A DNA stretch of 64,000 nucleotides, taken from the NCBI GenBank assembly GCA_950097015.1, contig CATNEN010000038.1, forward strand, positions 3,286,001-3,350,000, given 5' to 3'. Origin of the DNA: Macrostomum hystrix. Its lineage: Eukaryota; Animalia; Platyhelminthes. A model generated the notes under the pieces. It searched no databases. It was not told the DNA's origin and saw only the letters and a program-made list of their open reading frames with translations. Position numbers and translations under genes: made by a program. Positions 24,061 through 36,606 of this stretch are shown here, piece after piece. Each line of letters starts with the position of its first letter. The stretch's first letter is position 1.

Positions 24061-24793
24061 TGTGATATCTAGACTGTTTGCTGACAATGTTAAGCAAAGA
24101 CTAAGCACTCAGAAAAGGTGTTGTCATTTACCATGCATGCAGCTCATCAGCTGTAGAACTTAACGGTGTCGCTGCTTTTGCTGTTGGAAAACGTGCATTG
24201 CAGTTTATTTGCAGTTAGCAAAGGTCTCTGCAGCGAGTCACGTGGACCTTTTTCTGTGCATTCAGCTGAGTAGGATAAACTTAAGAAAAAATGAGGGCTG
24301 CTTTACTTTTCGCTGGACTGAATGAGAGTTCGCGAATAAAAAAATGCTGTGCCGATGCAACGAGTTAAATAACAGAAAAAATCAATACTCGCTTGACCCC
24401 AACAAAAAAACATACAGCCTCAGTAGAAAATACAAATTATTGATGACGTGAGGACCGCACTCTACTGCGCATGAACTCAGAAATGCGTTCAGCAGAAATA
24501 AATGAAATCAGAAGGCTTCCGAACCGCACTGACTGTACTGGACAACGCAAAGTCAAGTCATTGGTTGCACACAACAAATTCGCAGTACAGCAAAGAAAGG
24601 ATTCTTTGGCCCATTGTCTTCAGTCTTGTTGTGAATTGGCCCGTAACATCTGGGCTTCTTTGAAGTGTTTCGGAATTCCAGTGCTACTATGGTTTCTGTA
24701 CAATACATACAGTACAATACAATAGCTACAGGAGAATATGGGGTACTATATTTAAGCAAATTAAATTAGCTGACACAGTTCGATTGGCTACAA

Positions 24794-27700
24794 TTAGCCA
24801 CGGGCAGATGAACTGTTGCAGCTGTGGGTCGAGCCGCTGGGCATATCACCAAAGCAGGGATATGCTGCATGATTGGGCTCAATTGTGACCGTGTCGGAAA
24901 ACAAGCCATTGTTGTGATTTGAGTGCGAAATCTGCGAACAGGTGGTGGATTTGGCACAGGACTTCAGTAACTGCTGCAGTGAGATCAACTACAGATTGCC
25001 GACTTAGATTGGATATGCTGCGAAGTCGAGGTAGACTGCACAGTTGGGGTGTGCAAAGGCTGTACAGTTGGGGTGTGCAAAGGCTGTACAGTTGGGGTGT
25101 GCAAAGGCTGTACAGTAGGGGTGTGCAAAGGCTGTACAGTTGGGGTGTGCAAAGGCTGTACAGTTGGGGTGTGCAAAGGCTGCACAGTTGGGGTGTGCAA
25201 AGGCTGCAGAGTTGGGGTGTGCAAAGGCTGTACAGTTGGGGTGTGCAAAGGCTGTACAGTTGGGGTGTGCAAAGGCTGCACAGTTGGGGTGTGCAAAGGC
25301 TGCAGAGTTGGGGTGTGCAAAGGCTGTACAGTTAGGGTGTGCAAAGGCTGTACAGTTGGGGTGTGCAAAGGCTGTACAGTTGGGGTGTGCAAAGGCTGTA
25401 CAGTTGGGGTGTGCAAAGGCTGTACAGTTGGGGTGTGCAAAGGCTGTACAGTTGGGGTGTGCAAAGGCTGTACAGTTGGGGTGTGCAAAGGCTGTACAGT
25501 TGGGGTGTGCAAAGGCTGTACAGTTAGGGTGTGCAAAGGCTGTACAGTTGGGGTGTGCAAAGGCTGTACAGTTGGGGTGTGCAAAGGCTGCACAGTTGGG
25601 GTGTGCAAAGGCTGCAGAGTTGTGGTGTGCAAAGGCTGTACAGTTGGGGTGTGCAAAGGCTGTACAGTTGGGGTGTGCAAAGGCTGTACAGTTGGGGTGT
25701 GCAAAGGCTGTACAGTTGGGGTGTGCACAGGCTGTACAGTTGGGGTGTGCAAAGGCTGTACATTTGGGGTGTGCAAAGGCTGTACAGTTGGGGTGTGCAA
25801 AAGCTGTACAGTTGGGGTGTGCAAAGGCTGTACAGTTGGGGTGTGCAAAGGCTGTACAGTTGGGGTGTGCAAAGGCTGCACAGTTGTGGTGTGCAAAGGC
25901 TGCACAGTAGGGGTGTGCAAAGACGGCAGAGTTGGTGCCGCTTCAGGAGGGCTGCACTTATGATTAGTGTAAATGCGGCAGAATGGCGGATACGGCGTCG
26001 TAGAAAAGCTTACCTGTGTCGCGGCTAGATCAAAATCCCCTTGGGAACTCAGCAGGTGATGCACCTCAAGGCTGCTCATGAGCAGTTCGGTCTCAAACAG
26101 GCTTTCACTGCAGCTCGCGGCCAGGTCGTCAAGCAGTTGTGCAGTATCTTGCGCGTCCTCTCGCGAAATTCTGTCGTCTCCCAGCAGATGCTGGTTGTTG
26201 CTGCGGTCGAAAACCAAGGAGCCATCAAACAGTTGCACATCGCAGTCAGTGTTGACAGCGCTGGTTGGCGAATATTCGGTGCCGCACTCCACTGTAGTCG
26301 CAGCCACAGTTGAAGCCGTGGCGCCGCTTAGCTGAAGCGGCGAGCTCCACCACCGGCTGTTGCTGTCGACGCAAATGTCTGCCGTCGTGTCAGGCTGCGA
26401 AAAGCTTGTTGAATCCATACTAGCATTGTTGTCTGTGGTGGTGGATTTGACGCCAACTTTTCGCTTGGGCTTCTGGCCTCGAGCTCTGCTCTGCACCTTG
26501 CGGAAGGTCACAAAGCAGCTGTTGGTGTTGCTCATGTTACTCTTATTGCTGACTGCCGTCTTTCTCGCTATCTTCCTTGCCTGGAGAATCTCTTCTGCCG
26601 ACGGCTGCTTGCCAACTCGCATGTGTAGCTGCATCAACTTGATATTCATCACCTCCAGCAGCATTTCCTGCGTGAGGAAGGTCCAGCTGTCCTCCATTAT
26701 GTTGAACTCTTGCACGACGCCGGCCATGATGTTTTTGTACTTTGTCTGCAACTTAGGATTGAGCTTAAAGTCCACGCTGCTGGGCGCGAATGGTGGGAAG
26801 CTGGATTGGATAAACTGCACGAGCTCCTTTGACTGCAGTAGGATGCGGGTGAGCACATTGGTCATCTTGGACATGTTGATCACGGAAGCCTGCCGCCGAT
26901 TATCAAGCATCTTGTGCTCCTCCAGATGCTGAAACTTCTTGAAGCCCGACTGAATCTTGGCAACGATAACATCCGACTTTTCCTGCTCCCGCTGAATCAT
27001 GTTCAGCAGGAGGACGACCATGTTGCGTTGGTCCCGAGCTCTCGGCTTCTCCGGCTGCAGCCGCTGGCCGTTGACAAAGAAGTTGCGCTTGGTCAGCACA
27101 ATGATCGCGTCCAGGCACACCTGTGAGACAATTCAATTGCAGTGCATGTACTGGCCTCATATGCAAGTGTATCAACTGTGTAAGCTTGTCTTGCTGATAA
27201 ACAACTGCTCTTGAAAGAATCAGTCAGAGAGTTGACTGTTTTATATAGCTAGCCTGCAGTGGTTTCCTCACCTGCATCCGCTTGCTCGTCTTGTCCTTCT
27301 CCAGCGCAAAGTGCAGCACCCTCACGCCCTCCGAGGCATACATCAGCGGCTTCTTCTTCGACGAGGCGCTGACATTCAGCTGTCTGGGCACGCCCATCTC
27401 CACCTGTCTTTCGTTGCGCGCCGCACTCGAGGCGCTGTTGTTGGCGTTGACGGTCAGCAGGCGCTGCTGCCGGATATCCGGCTCGATGGCCCATAGTCGG
27501 TCTAGCAGCTGCGGCTCACCCAGATCGCTGCGGTGCCACCAGTCGTTGCTGTTGCTGGTGGCACCTGCTGCTGCGGCATTCGAGCTGTTCACGTTGCCCA
27601 TCGTCCGATCTGCGTTGCTGGCGCTCGCTTCATTGTTCGAAGCCACGTTGCCGTCAAAGTCCTGCACCTGCATGGACCATTTTCCAGTGGTGCCAATGGG

Positions 27701-28880
27701 ACTCAGTCCGAGTACTTTTGGTGGCGTGGCATGCGCAGATAAAGCCACCTATAGCCTATATCGTGCAAGCCTAGCTACTAACCAAATGGCTACTAGCCTA
27801 CTCACCTGAATCATGAGGATCTCTGGATTAAGCCCAGCCGCGAGCGCCTCCTTCTTCAGCGCAGCCACTTCTTTCACGCAGCTCCGCATCTGGATGAAGC
27901 GGTAATAGTCTTCGGCCAGTTCCAGCAGCGATCTCACGCCAATCATTTGAGTGCCCTTCGGTAGCTCCTCGACATCAATCAGTCCGCTGGGCACCCGCTG
28001 CTGCGGCGTCGGCGGAACCAGGTACTCGATTGGCAGCTGCACAGGCTTGTAGACTGACAGGTTGCGTATCATATTCACAACGAGCGACTGCAGCGGGTAC
28101 ATGGGCCGCTCGGAGATCAGGCATAGGCCCGCCTCAAGCCAATCGTAAAAGTATAATACTCGGCGTTCGAACTTGCGTCGCATGGGCAGAGCCAGTGGTA
28201 ACGCCGGGTTCCAGCCGGCCTGCTGCAGACTCACCGTGACCTCGAAGCAGCACATCCGCAGCATGATTATACAAGGTGGGAAGGCGTGGAAATCACCGTA
28301 CGCCAAATCCTGCACGTGAGAAGCAAACTGCGGCTCGTTCACGTCGCACACGAGTAAACCGCACGAGTCCCTTTGTAACAGAATCACATCGACTAGAGGT
28401 ACCTGAAATGTGATGTTGAAGTCTTGCGTCTTTAAAACCTGATTTCAATCTAGCAATGCCCGCACAAAGCGAGCCTTACCCATGCAAGGCTTGGCGATTG
28501 AGCCGTGAGTTTACTACTAAGGTTCTGAGCTTATGACCAGTACTCACATTGCGCAGGTACAGTGAAATTCCCAGAACAGACAGGTAAAGCACGCTCTGCC
28601 TCTTGAACATTGGCGACAGAGTGGCGTCATTCGGCAGGTACAGCCTCGGATAATCAACCAGCTGGAAGTAGCGACCCTTGAACAGCTCCGGGTTGAGATC
28701 GAGCTTGCGCCTCACCCGGTCCTGCTCATTGGCTTTGATCATGGAAATCAGCCAGCGCGTGTTCGGGTGGTGGAAGCCGAAGAATCCCGGTGGCACTGTG
28801 TAGTAGTAGCTGTTATCGACAGAGACCAGCGGGTCGAGAAAGGCTGGCGGCGCTGGCACGCTGATGCCCGATCCAGACAT
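24794..28880 (-). CDS. Unknown ~900-aa protein, left copy; exons 28880-28548, 28402-27806, 27748-27272, 27120-26014, probably 24970-24794
   Basis: Open exons with canonical phase-0 junctions; near-identical to the + strand copy. The last exon is less certain. Confidence 0.78.
25036..25935. repeat. 24-nt intronic minisatellite (CAGTTGGGGTGTGCAAAGGCTGTA), left arm
   Basis: Tandem array mirrored at 35700-36355. Confidence 0.96.
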
Positions 28881-29231
28881 GGCTTGCAGTGCCTTCCAAC
28901 GGTGTTTCTGTTGGAACTATTGCTGCTGCTGGAGCTGGTTTTCTGCCACCGACTTTTAAGGACAATGAACTTCCAAAAGTGCAGCAGGACAAACCAAACC
29001 TTAACAATACCTTGCAAGTCTTTAATGGCACTAAAGCAGAAACCGGTGTATGCTACAAATCCGGTCTTCCAAGGAAGCCTCTTTGTTCGCTGCGCTCACT
29101 AGGAAGCGACACTCAAATTTCTCGTCTACAAGTTTAGTCTCAACAAAAAATCTATGTTCCAAAATCCTTTTCGCGTAGCATTTTGCGTTGATATTTATCT
29201 GAAGTCTCTAATCTAGTCTAGAAAGCAAAGC

Positions 29232-29444
29232 ATGGGATACATGTGTTGCGTTCCATTTTGTGGCACGGGCCTTTCCTAGTATGCCAGCATCTCTGTGCAC
29301 AGGTTCCGTCCGTTTGTCGAGTCTGGAGCTGCTTTTCAGGTGGATTGTGGCAGTTATTCGAAAGTGGAGCAAGACAGAACTGCTGAAACTTAGGACGGAT
29401 CCGAAGCACAACTCTCGGGTATGCTCTCTGCATTTTCAAGAAAG
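29232..29444 (+). pseudogene. Decayed THAP zinc-finger domain 1
   Basis: MGYMCCVPFC...*...SVHRF, then a frameshift to ...RWIVAVIRKW...NSRVCSLHF. C2CH, F(P) and W hallmarks; in-frame TAG at 29277. Confidence 0.75.
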
Positions 29445-29993
29445 GTGCTCTGTCACTGTAACAGAAGATTCTAACATTCACCGCAGAAAAGCTGGAGTTA
29501 AAGGAAAGGCGTAAACTTTTTTGAACCTTAGTCCTATAAAATACTTTTAGTTTTTCAATTTGCTTGAAACTTTACCAACTGTCTTCTAGTTGGTCATAGA
29601 CCCATAGTTCCACATATACTGGATGACTGTTTGGCTGTCTATTTGTTTTAGCTTTCCTGTAACTTTTAATATATATAGGGCCTATATAAAGTAGTTAGTA
29701 AAACTACGCTCATAGTTTTTATGAAAAAGAACATTAAAAGTAGTATTGATTTACCTACTTATATGAACAAATATATATACGAGTAAATAAACTAAAACAT
29801 GAGCTTCATAGCAAAAATTTCGTTGCTGCTGTCATTCGTCATCATTGTCATGATATCTGATTCAGATATAAGGCCTATTTGGATACCCTCAAAAGCACTA
29901 GGCCCACCCTTTAATAAATAGTATTATCTTCATCACGTCCCCGGGTCTCTAAATTGAATTTTCGAGTATTATTCATACAGAATATTCACCTAT

Positions 29994-30270
29994 ATGCCGT
30001 CGTACTTGAGCAATGCTGTCACACCGGACCGCGCGACCGCTGAAAGACGCCGGGAGATCTGTCTGTCGAATTCTGGAGTCACGGACAATGCTGAAATTAG
30101 TTTATTTTCTTTCCCACTGACTGGTGCAAATCGACTGTCTGTGTGGCTGCATCCACTGTCGAATTCCGTTTTATGTGAGAAACATATTTCTAGCTTCGAC
30201 ATCATCAGCATGCAACAAGGCAGTCAAAAGTAGAAAACGTCTCAGGCCAACTCTGTACCCCAATCTGAGC
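29994..30270 (+). pseudogene. Decayed THAP domain 2
   Basis: ISLFSFP...W...SVLCEKHI, followed across frameshifts by RKRLRP/NSVP (AVPT-box-like). N-terminal Cys pair not recognisable. Confidence 0.55.
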
Positions 30271-30953
30271 AGGGCTAAGACGAGCAAATGGGTCGTCCTG
30301 CTTCATCAGAGCCTGACCATCCTTTGTCGCCACTGAAGCGAATGAAGCAGGAACTTCGACAAAGGCAGCTGCGTTTGCTGCAACTTTAGAAACATTCTCT
30401 GTTAATTTTAAGTGCAACTGAAAACAGTTGAAAAGGCTGGGATAGCATAGACGCCGTGGTCCTCCAATTCGCAGCTGATTCAAGTTGCACACGCTGAGCT
30501 TTTTTGATTGTAGCTCATCGATACATGAAAATGATCTAAATATAAAAAAGTGCACAATTTAAAGACGAAAATTTTATTTTTAGCTGCAGCTAAAATGTGT
30601 TATAATGTTCAAGCAATTGTGCCTAACGAAAGCAGGTATCCTTGCTCACAAATTACATTTTATTTTGCGTGATAACTCACGTCAGGACACATTTTCTTAT
30701 TAAGTTAACTTCTTTGAACTTTAATTGTACTGTTTACTTTGCAGTAGCTATGCAGCTACTAATAGAGAAGAGTTTTTATGGAATAACCAAAATGTGGGCT
30801 GAGTGCTGCTAGCCTTTATAAATAATATTTCAATCCTGCAATAGAAGCTAGTATGAGAGGCTCAGTTTTGGGTTCGACCCGTTCTGCATTGGTAAGTAAA
30901 AAGTTGGCTTCCACTCTGAACCCGCAGTTGTCGGACATCAGCGCGTGCCAAGC

Positions 30954-31964
30954 CTAGGGAACCCCATAGGCTTTCCCGAGACCCCGAGACCCCGAGCACA
31001 CAGAAGCTTCCTCATTGGCATCGCTCAGGCCACGAACTGAATCGTCGAAGAGGCTGCCGCCGCTGTCTGACAAGGCGTCATGATGATTGTTCATCTGACT
31101 CGTGTCGCGGAGGGACGGCAGCGCAAAGCCACGGTGCCTTCGTCCACCAGACGCGGTAAGAACAGGCGGCCGCATCGGTCCTACCACCAGCTCATCGCCA
31201 GAGGCCAAAGCTCCTTCTCTTCTTCCTCCTCCACCAAGTTTTCGCCCAGCGCTGCGAATGGCATCGGGCTGCTGATAGACCTCAACTTCTGCGCGAGAAC
31301 GTCTTTGCGGCCGAGTACCGCTGCGATTCGGCCGATGCGGCAGATCAGAACGCTTGCATGCACCATCGATAAGACTTTCTGTCATCCTTAGAGCGCTGAC
31401 CTCAACATCGCCATCCTCCTCTGCATCTTCGCCGTAGTCCTGAGCCGTCGTGGGCACGATCGGTGCTGTCTCGTTCAGTCGGGCTGAGCGGTCCTCGCGC
31501 ACGGTCGGACGCACAATCAGCGAGCCGTTCTCGGAAATCCAGGACTCCAGCTTGATGACCAGCCGCAGCTCGCTGGGCTCCATTAGGACGTGCCGGTCAC
31601 TGCCAGCCGTGACGCTCGCATTTGTTGTAATCAGTTGTGGTGGCAGGTGAAGCGACTGCCGCTGCTGCGGCTGTCGCAGCTTTCGCAGCTGTTGCTGCAT
31701 CTCCTGTATACATTCTTCTCGCTTTTCAATAAGGTATTTCTCCTGCTGTGTCGCTTCTGCCTGCTGCTGTTTTTGCTGCAGCTGCGACTGTTTGTTTACT
31801 GAATTGATCGGGGACATGCCACCTGATTTTCCGGACAGTCGAGCCACCGCAGGGGCATAGGGGCCTCGCTGCTTCATTTTGCTTATTAGCGCATCGAACT
31901 GCCTGCACAGCTCAGCCGCTTTGTTGAACAGCGCGTCATCGGACTCCTCACATTTGTCTGCCAT
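30954..31964 (-). CDS. Orphan ~336-aa Q-rich/coiled-coil protein in the palindrome spacer
   Basis: 1-kb stop-free, GC-rich ORF in an AT-rich context; ttacag acceptor just upstream of the ATG. No recognisable family. Confidence 0.55.
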   Translation of the reverse strand: MADKCEESDDALFNKAAELCRQFDALISKMKQRGPYAPAVARLSGKSGGMSPINSVNKQSQLQQKQQQAEATQQEKYLIEKREECIQEMQQQLRKLRQPQQRQSLHLPPQLITTNASVTAGSDRHVLMEPSELRLVIKLESWISENGSLIVRPTVREDRSARLNETAPIVPTTAQDYGEDAEEDGDVEVSALRMTESLIDGACKRSDLPHRPNRSGTRPQRRSRAEVEVYQQPDAIRSAGRKLGGGGRREGALASGDELVVGPMRPPVLTASGGRRHRGFALPSLRDTSQMNNHHDALSDSGGSLFDDSVRGLSDANEEASVCSGSRGLGKAYGVP

Positions 31965-32752
31965 GAACAACTGTAAGTCTGGGGCCTCGGCTCAAGAAAG
32001 TCGCAAAAGTTTCTCTTGCGAACTTTATTGCTCGCCAATTTATGCGCTCTGTTCCTCGCAACTGACGGCCCTGCATGTCAAGCGCTCAATTTAGCCATAG
32101 ACAAAAGTAGAAAAAAAATGTTTCTGAATCACCTAATAAGTAAGTAATGAAGACTATTTGGAATTTTTTATATACGTATGTCTATCTAGCCAAGATTCGC
32201 TAAATAGCTCGCTTTCATACTTTGACTGACATTTTTATGCGCTTATTACGTAGGCCTCTTTACCAAATTGCTGTATCCGCTCTCCATAAGCGAATAGGTA
32301 TAGTATAACAGCTACGCTAATTTGATAGATTCTGTAAATCAAACGGAGCCTGTTCAAACTGGGGACTTTTGGACTTTGAGGCGACATGAATAACCATGCA
32401 GGGCCTCGATTGCTAGTTAACTGACCTTTATTTCAACAAACGCTTTTTAAAGAAAAGCGCATCGAGCATCTGTAGTGGAAAGACTTGATGGTACTCGTAT
32501 TTAGAACCCATGCCGATTTTCAAACAATCAAGCCGCATTCTATGGCCTACACCGAGTCTGTGTGAAGACCACATTTGTAGCATACACCGGTTTCTGCTTT
32601 AGTGTCATTAAAGACTTGCAAGGTATTGTTAAGATTTGGTTTGTCCTGCTGCACTTTTGGAAGTTCATTGTCCTTAAAAGTCGGTGGCAGAAAACCAGCT
32701 CCAGCAGCAGCAATAGTTCCAACAGAAACACCGTTGGAAGGCACTGCAAGCC

Positions 32753-35700
32753 ATGTCTGGATCGGGCATCAGCGTGCCAGCGCCGCCAGCCTTTCTCGAC
32801 CCGCTGGTCTCTGTCGATAACAGCTACTACTACACAGTGCCACCGGGATTCTTCGGCTTCCACCACCCGAACACGCGCTGGCTGATTTCCATGATCAAAG
32901 CCAATGAGCAGGACCGGGTGAGGCGCAAGCTCGATCTCAACCCGGAGCTGTTCAAGGGTCGCTACTTCCAGCTGGTTGATTATCCGAGGCTGTACCTGCC
33001 GAATGACGCCACTCTGTCGCCAATGTTCAAGAGGCAGAGCGTGCTTTACCTGTCTGTTCTGGGAATTTCACTGTACCTGCGCAATGTGAGTACTGGTCAT
33101 AAGCTCAGAACCTTAGTAGTAAACTCACGGCTCAATCGCCAAGCCTTGCATGGGTAAGGCTCGCTTTGTGCGGGCATTGCTAGATTGAAATCAGGTTTTA
33201 AAGACGCAAGACTTCAACATCACATTTCAGGTACCTCTAGTCGATGTGATTCTGTTACAAAGGGACTCGTGCGGTTTACTCGTGTGCGACGTGAACGAGC
33301 CGCAGTTTGCTTCTCACGTGCAGGATTTGGCGTACGGTGATTTCCACGCCTTCCCACCTTGTATAATCATGCTGCGGATGTGCTGCTTCGAGGTCACGGT
33401 GAGTCTGCAGCAGGCCGGCTGGAACCCGGCGTTACCACTGGCTCTGCCCATGCGACGCAAGTTCGAACGCCGAGTATTATACTTTTACGATTGGCTTGAG
33501 GCGGGCCTATGCCTGATCTCCGAGCGGCCCATGTACCCGCTGCAGTCGCTCGTTGTGAATATGATACGCAACCTGTCAGTCTACAAGCCTGTGCAGCTGC
33601 CAATCGAGTACCTGGTTCCGCCGACGCCGCAGCAGCGGGTGCCCAGCGGACTGATTGATGTCGAGGAGCTACCGAAGGGCACTCAAATGATTGGCGTGAG
33701 ATCGCTGCTGGAACTGGCCGAAGACTATTACCGCTTCATCCAGATGCGGAGCTGCGTGAAAGAAGTGGCTGCGCTGAAGAAGGAGGCGCTCGCGGCTGGG
33801 CTTAATCCAGAGATCCTCATGATTCAGGTGAGTAGGCTAGTAGCCATTTGGTTAGTAGCTAGGCTTGCACGATATAGGCTATAGGTGGCTTTATCTGCGC
33901 ATGCCACGCCACCAAAAGTACTCGGACTGAGTCCCATTGGCACCACTGGAAAATGGTCCATGCAGGTGCAGGACTTTGACGGCAACGTGGCTTCGAACAA
34001 TGAAGCGAGCGCCAGCAACGCAGATCGGACGATGGGCAACGTGAACAGCTCGAATGCCGCAGCAGCAGGTGCCACCAGCAACAGCAACGACTGGTGGCAC
34101 CGCAGCGATCTGGGTCAGCCGCAGCTGCTAGACCGACTATGGGCCATCGAGCCGGATAGCCGGCAGCAGCGCCTGCTGACCGTCAACGCCAACAACAGCG
34201 CCTCGAGTGCGGCGCGCAACGAAAGACAGGTGGAGATGGGCGTGCCCAGACAGCTGAATGTCAGCGCCTCGTCGAAGAAGAAGCCGCTGATGTATGCCTC
34301 GGAGGGCGTGAGGGTGCTGCACTTTGCGCTGGAGAAGGACAAGACGAGCAAGCGGATGCAGGTGAGGAAACCACTGCAGGCTAGCTATATAAAACAGTCA
34401 ACTCTCTGACTGATTCTTTCAAGAGCAGTTGTTTATCAGCAAGACAAGCTTACACAGTTGATACACTTGCATATGAGGCCAGTACATGCACTGCAATTGA
34501 ATTGTCTCACAGGTGTGCCTGGACGCGATCATTGTGCTGACCAAGCGCAACTTCTTTGTCAACGGCCAGCGGCTGCAGCCGGAGAAGCCGAGAGCTCGGG
34601 ACCAACGCAACATGGTCGTCCTCCTGCTGAACATGATTCAGCGGGAGCAGGAAAAGTCGGATGTTATCGTTGCCAAGATTCAGTCGGGCTTCAAGAAGTT
34701 TCAGCATCTGGAGGAGCACAAGATGCTTGATAATCGGCGGCAGGCTTCCGTGATCAACATGTCCAAGATGACCAATGTGCTCACCCGCATCCTACTGCAG
34801 TCAAAGGAGCTCGTGCAGTTTATCCAATCCAGCTTCCCACCATTCGCGCCCAGCAGCGTGGACTTTAAGCTCAATCCTAAGTTGCAGACAAAGTACAAAA
34901 ACATCATGGCCGGCGTCGTGCAAGAGTTCAACATAATGGAGGACAGCTGGACCTTCCTCACGCAGGAAATGCTGCTGGAGGTGATGAATATCAAGTTGAT
35001 GCAGCTACACATGCGAGTTGGCAAGCAGCCGTCGGCAGAAGAGATTCTCCAGGCAAGGAAGATAGCGAGAAAGACGGCAGTCAGCAATAAGAGTAACATG
35101 AGCAACACCAACAGCTGCTTTGTGTCCTTCCGCAAGGTGCAGAGCAGAGCTCGAGGCCAGAAGCCCAAGCGAAAAGTTGGCGTCAAATCCACCACCACAG
35201 ACAACAATGCTAGTATGGATTCAACAAGCTTTTCGCAGCCTGACACGACGGCAGACATTTGCGTCGACAGCAACAGCCGGTGGTGGAGCTCGCCGCTTCA
35301 GCTGAGCGGCGCCAAGGCTTCAACTGTGGCTGCGACTACAGTGGAGTGCGGCACCGAATATTCGCCAACCAGCGCTGTCAACACTGACTGCGATGTGCAA
35401 CTGTTTGATGGCTCCTTGGTTTTCGACCGCAGCAACAACCAGCATCTGCTGGGAGACGACAGAATTTCGCGAGAGGACGCGCAAGATACTGCGCAACTGC
35501 TTGACGACCTGGCCGCGAGCTGCAGTGAAAGCCTGTTTGAGACCGAACTGCTCATGAGCAGCCTTGAGGTGCATCACCTGCTGAGTTCCCAAGGGGATTT
35601 TGATCTAGCCGCGACACAGGTAAGCTTTTCTACGACGCCGTATCCGCCATTCTGCCGCATTTACACTGATCATAAGTGCAGCCCTCCTGAAGCGGCACCA

Positions 35701-36606
35701 ACTCTGCCGTCTTTGCACACCGCAACTCTGCCGTCTTTGCACACCCCAACTGTGCAGCCTTTGCACACCCCAACTCTGCAGCCTTTGCACACCCCAACTG
35801 TACAGCCTTTGCACACCCTAACTGTGCAGCCTTTGCACACCCCAACTGTGCAGCCTTTGCACACCCCACTGTGCAGCCTTTGCACACCCCAACTGTACAG
35901 CCTTTGCACACCCCAACTGTACAGCCTTTGCACACCCCAACTGTACAGCCTTTGCACACCCCAACTGTACAGCCTTTGCACACCCCAACTGTACAGCCTT
36001 TGCACACCCCAACTGTGCAGCCTTTGCACACCCCTACTGTGCAGCCTTTGCACACCCCAACTGTACAGCCTTTGCACACCCCAACTGTACAGCCTTTGCA
36101 CACCCCAACTGTACAGCCTTTGCACACCCCAACTGTGCAGCCTTTGCACACCCCAACTGTACAGCCTTTGCACACCCCAACTGTACAGCCTTTGCACACC
36201 CCAACTGTGCAGCCTTTGCACACCCCAACTGTGCAGCCTTTGCACACCCCAACTGTGCAGCCTTTGCACACCCCAACTGTGCAGTCTTTGCACACCCCAA
36301 CTGTGCAGCCTTTGCACACCCCAACTGTACAGTCTTTGCACACCCCAACTGTGCAGTCTACCTCGACTACGCAGCATATCCAATCTAAGTCGGCAATCTG
36401 TAGTTGATCTCACTGCAGCTCAGTTACTGAAGTCCTGTGCCAAATCCACCACCTGTTCGCAGATTTCGCACTCAAATCACAACAATGGCTTGTTTTCCGA
36501 CACGGTCACAATTGAGCCCAATCATGCAGCATATCCCTGCTTTGGTGATATGCCCAGCGGCTCGACCCACAGCTGCAACAGTTCATCTGCCCGTGGCCAA
36601 TTGTAG
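32753..36606 (+). CDS. Unknown ~900-aa protein, right copy; exons 32753-33085, 33231-33827, 33885-34361, 34513-35619, probably 36424-36606
   Basis: Donors AAT|gtgagt, CAG|gtgagt, CAG|gtgagg, CAG|gtaagc; acceptors tttcag, ctatag, tcacag. All phase 0. Confidence 0.78.
35700..36355. repeat. 24-nt intronic minisatellite, right arm (shorter than left)
   Basis: Tandem CACACCCCAACTGTRCAGCCTTTG. Confidence 0.96.

Noticed and set aside
24985-26013. PLHTPTVQ repeat as the C-terminus of the 711-aa ORF
   Set aside because: Lies after a strong CAG|gtaagc donor, and the other arm has a frameshift in the same array, so it is intronic.
33154-33230. GG|gtaagg as the exon-1 donor of the duplicated gene
   Set aside because: Gives an immediate stop in exon 2; AAT|gtgagt at 33086 keeps the frame.
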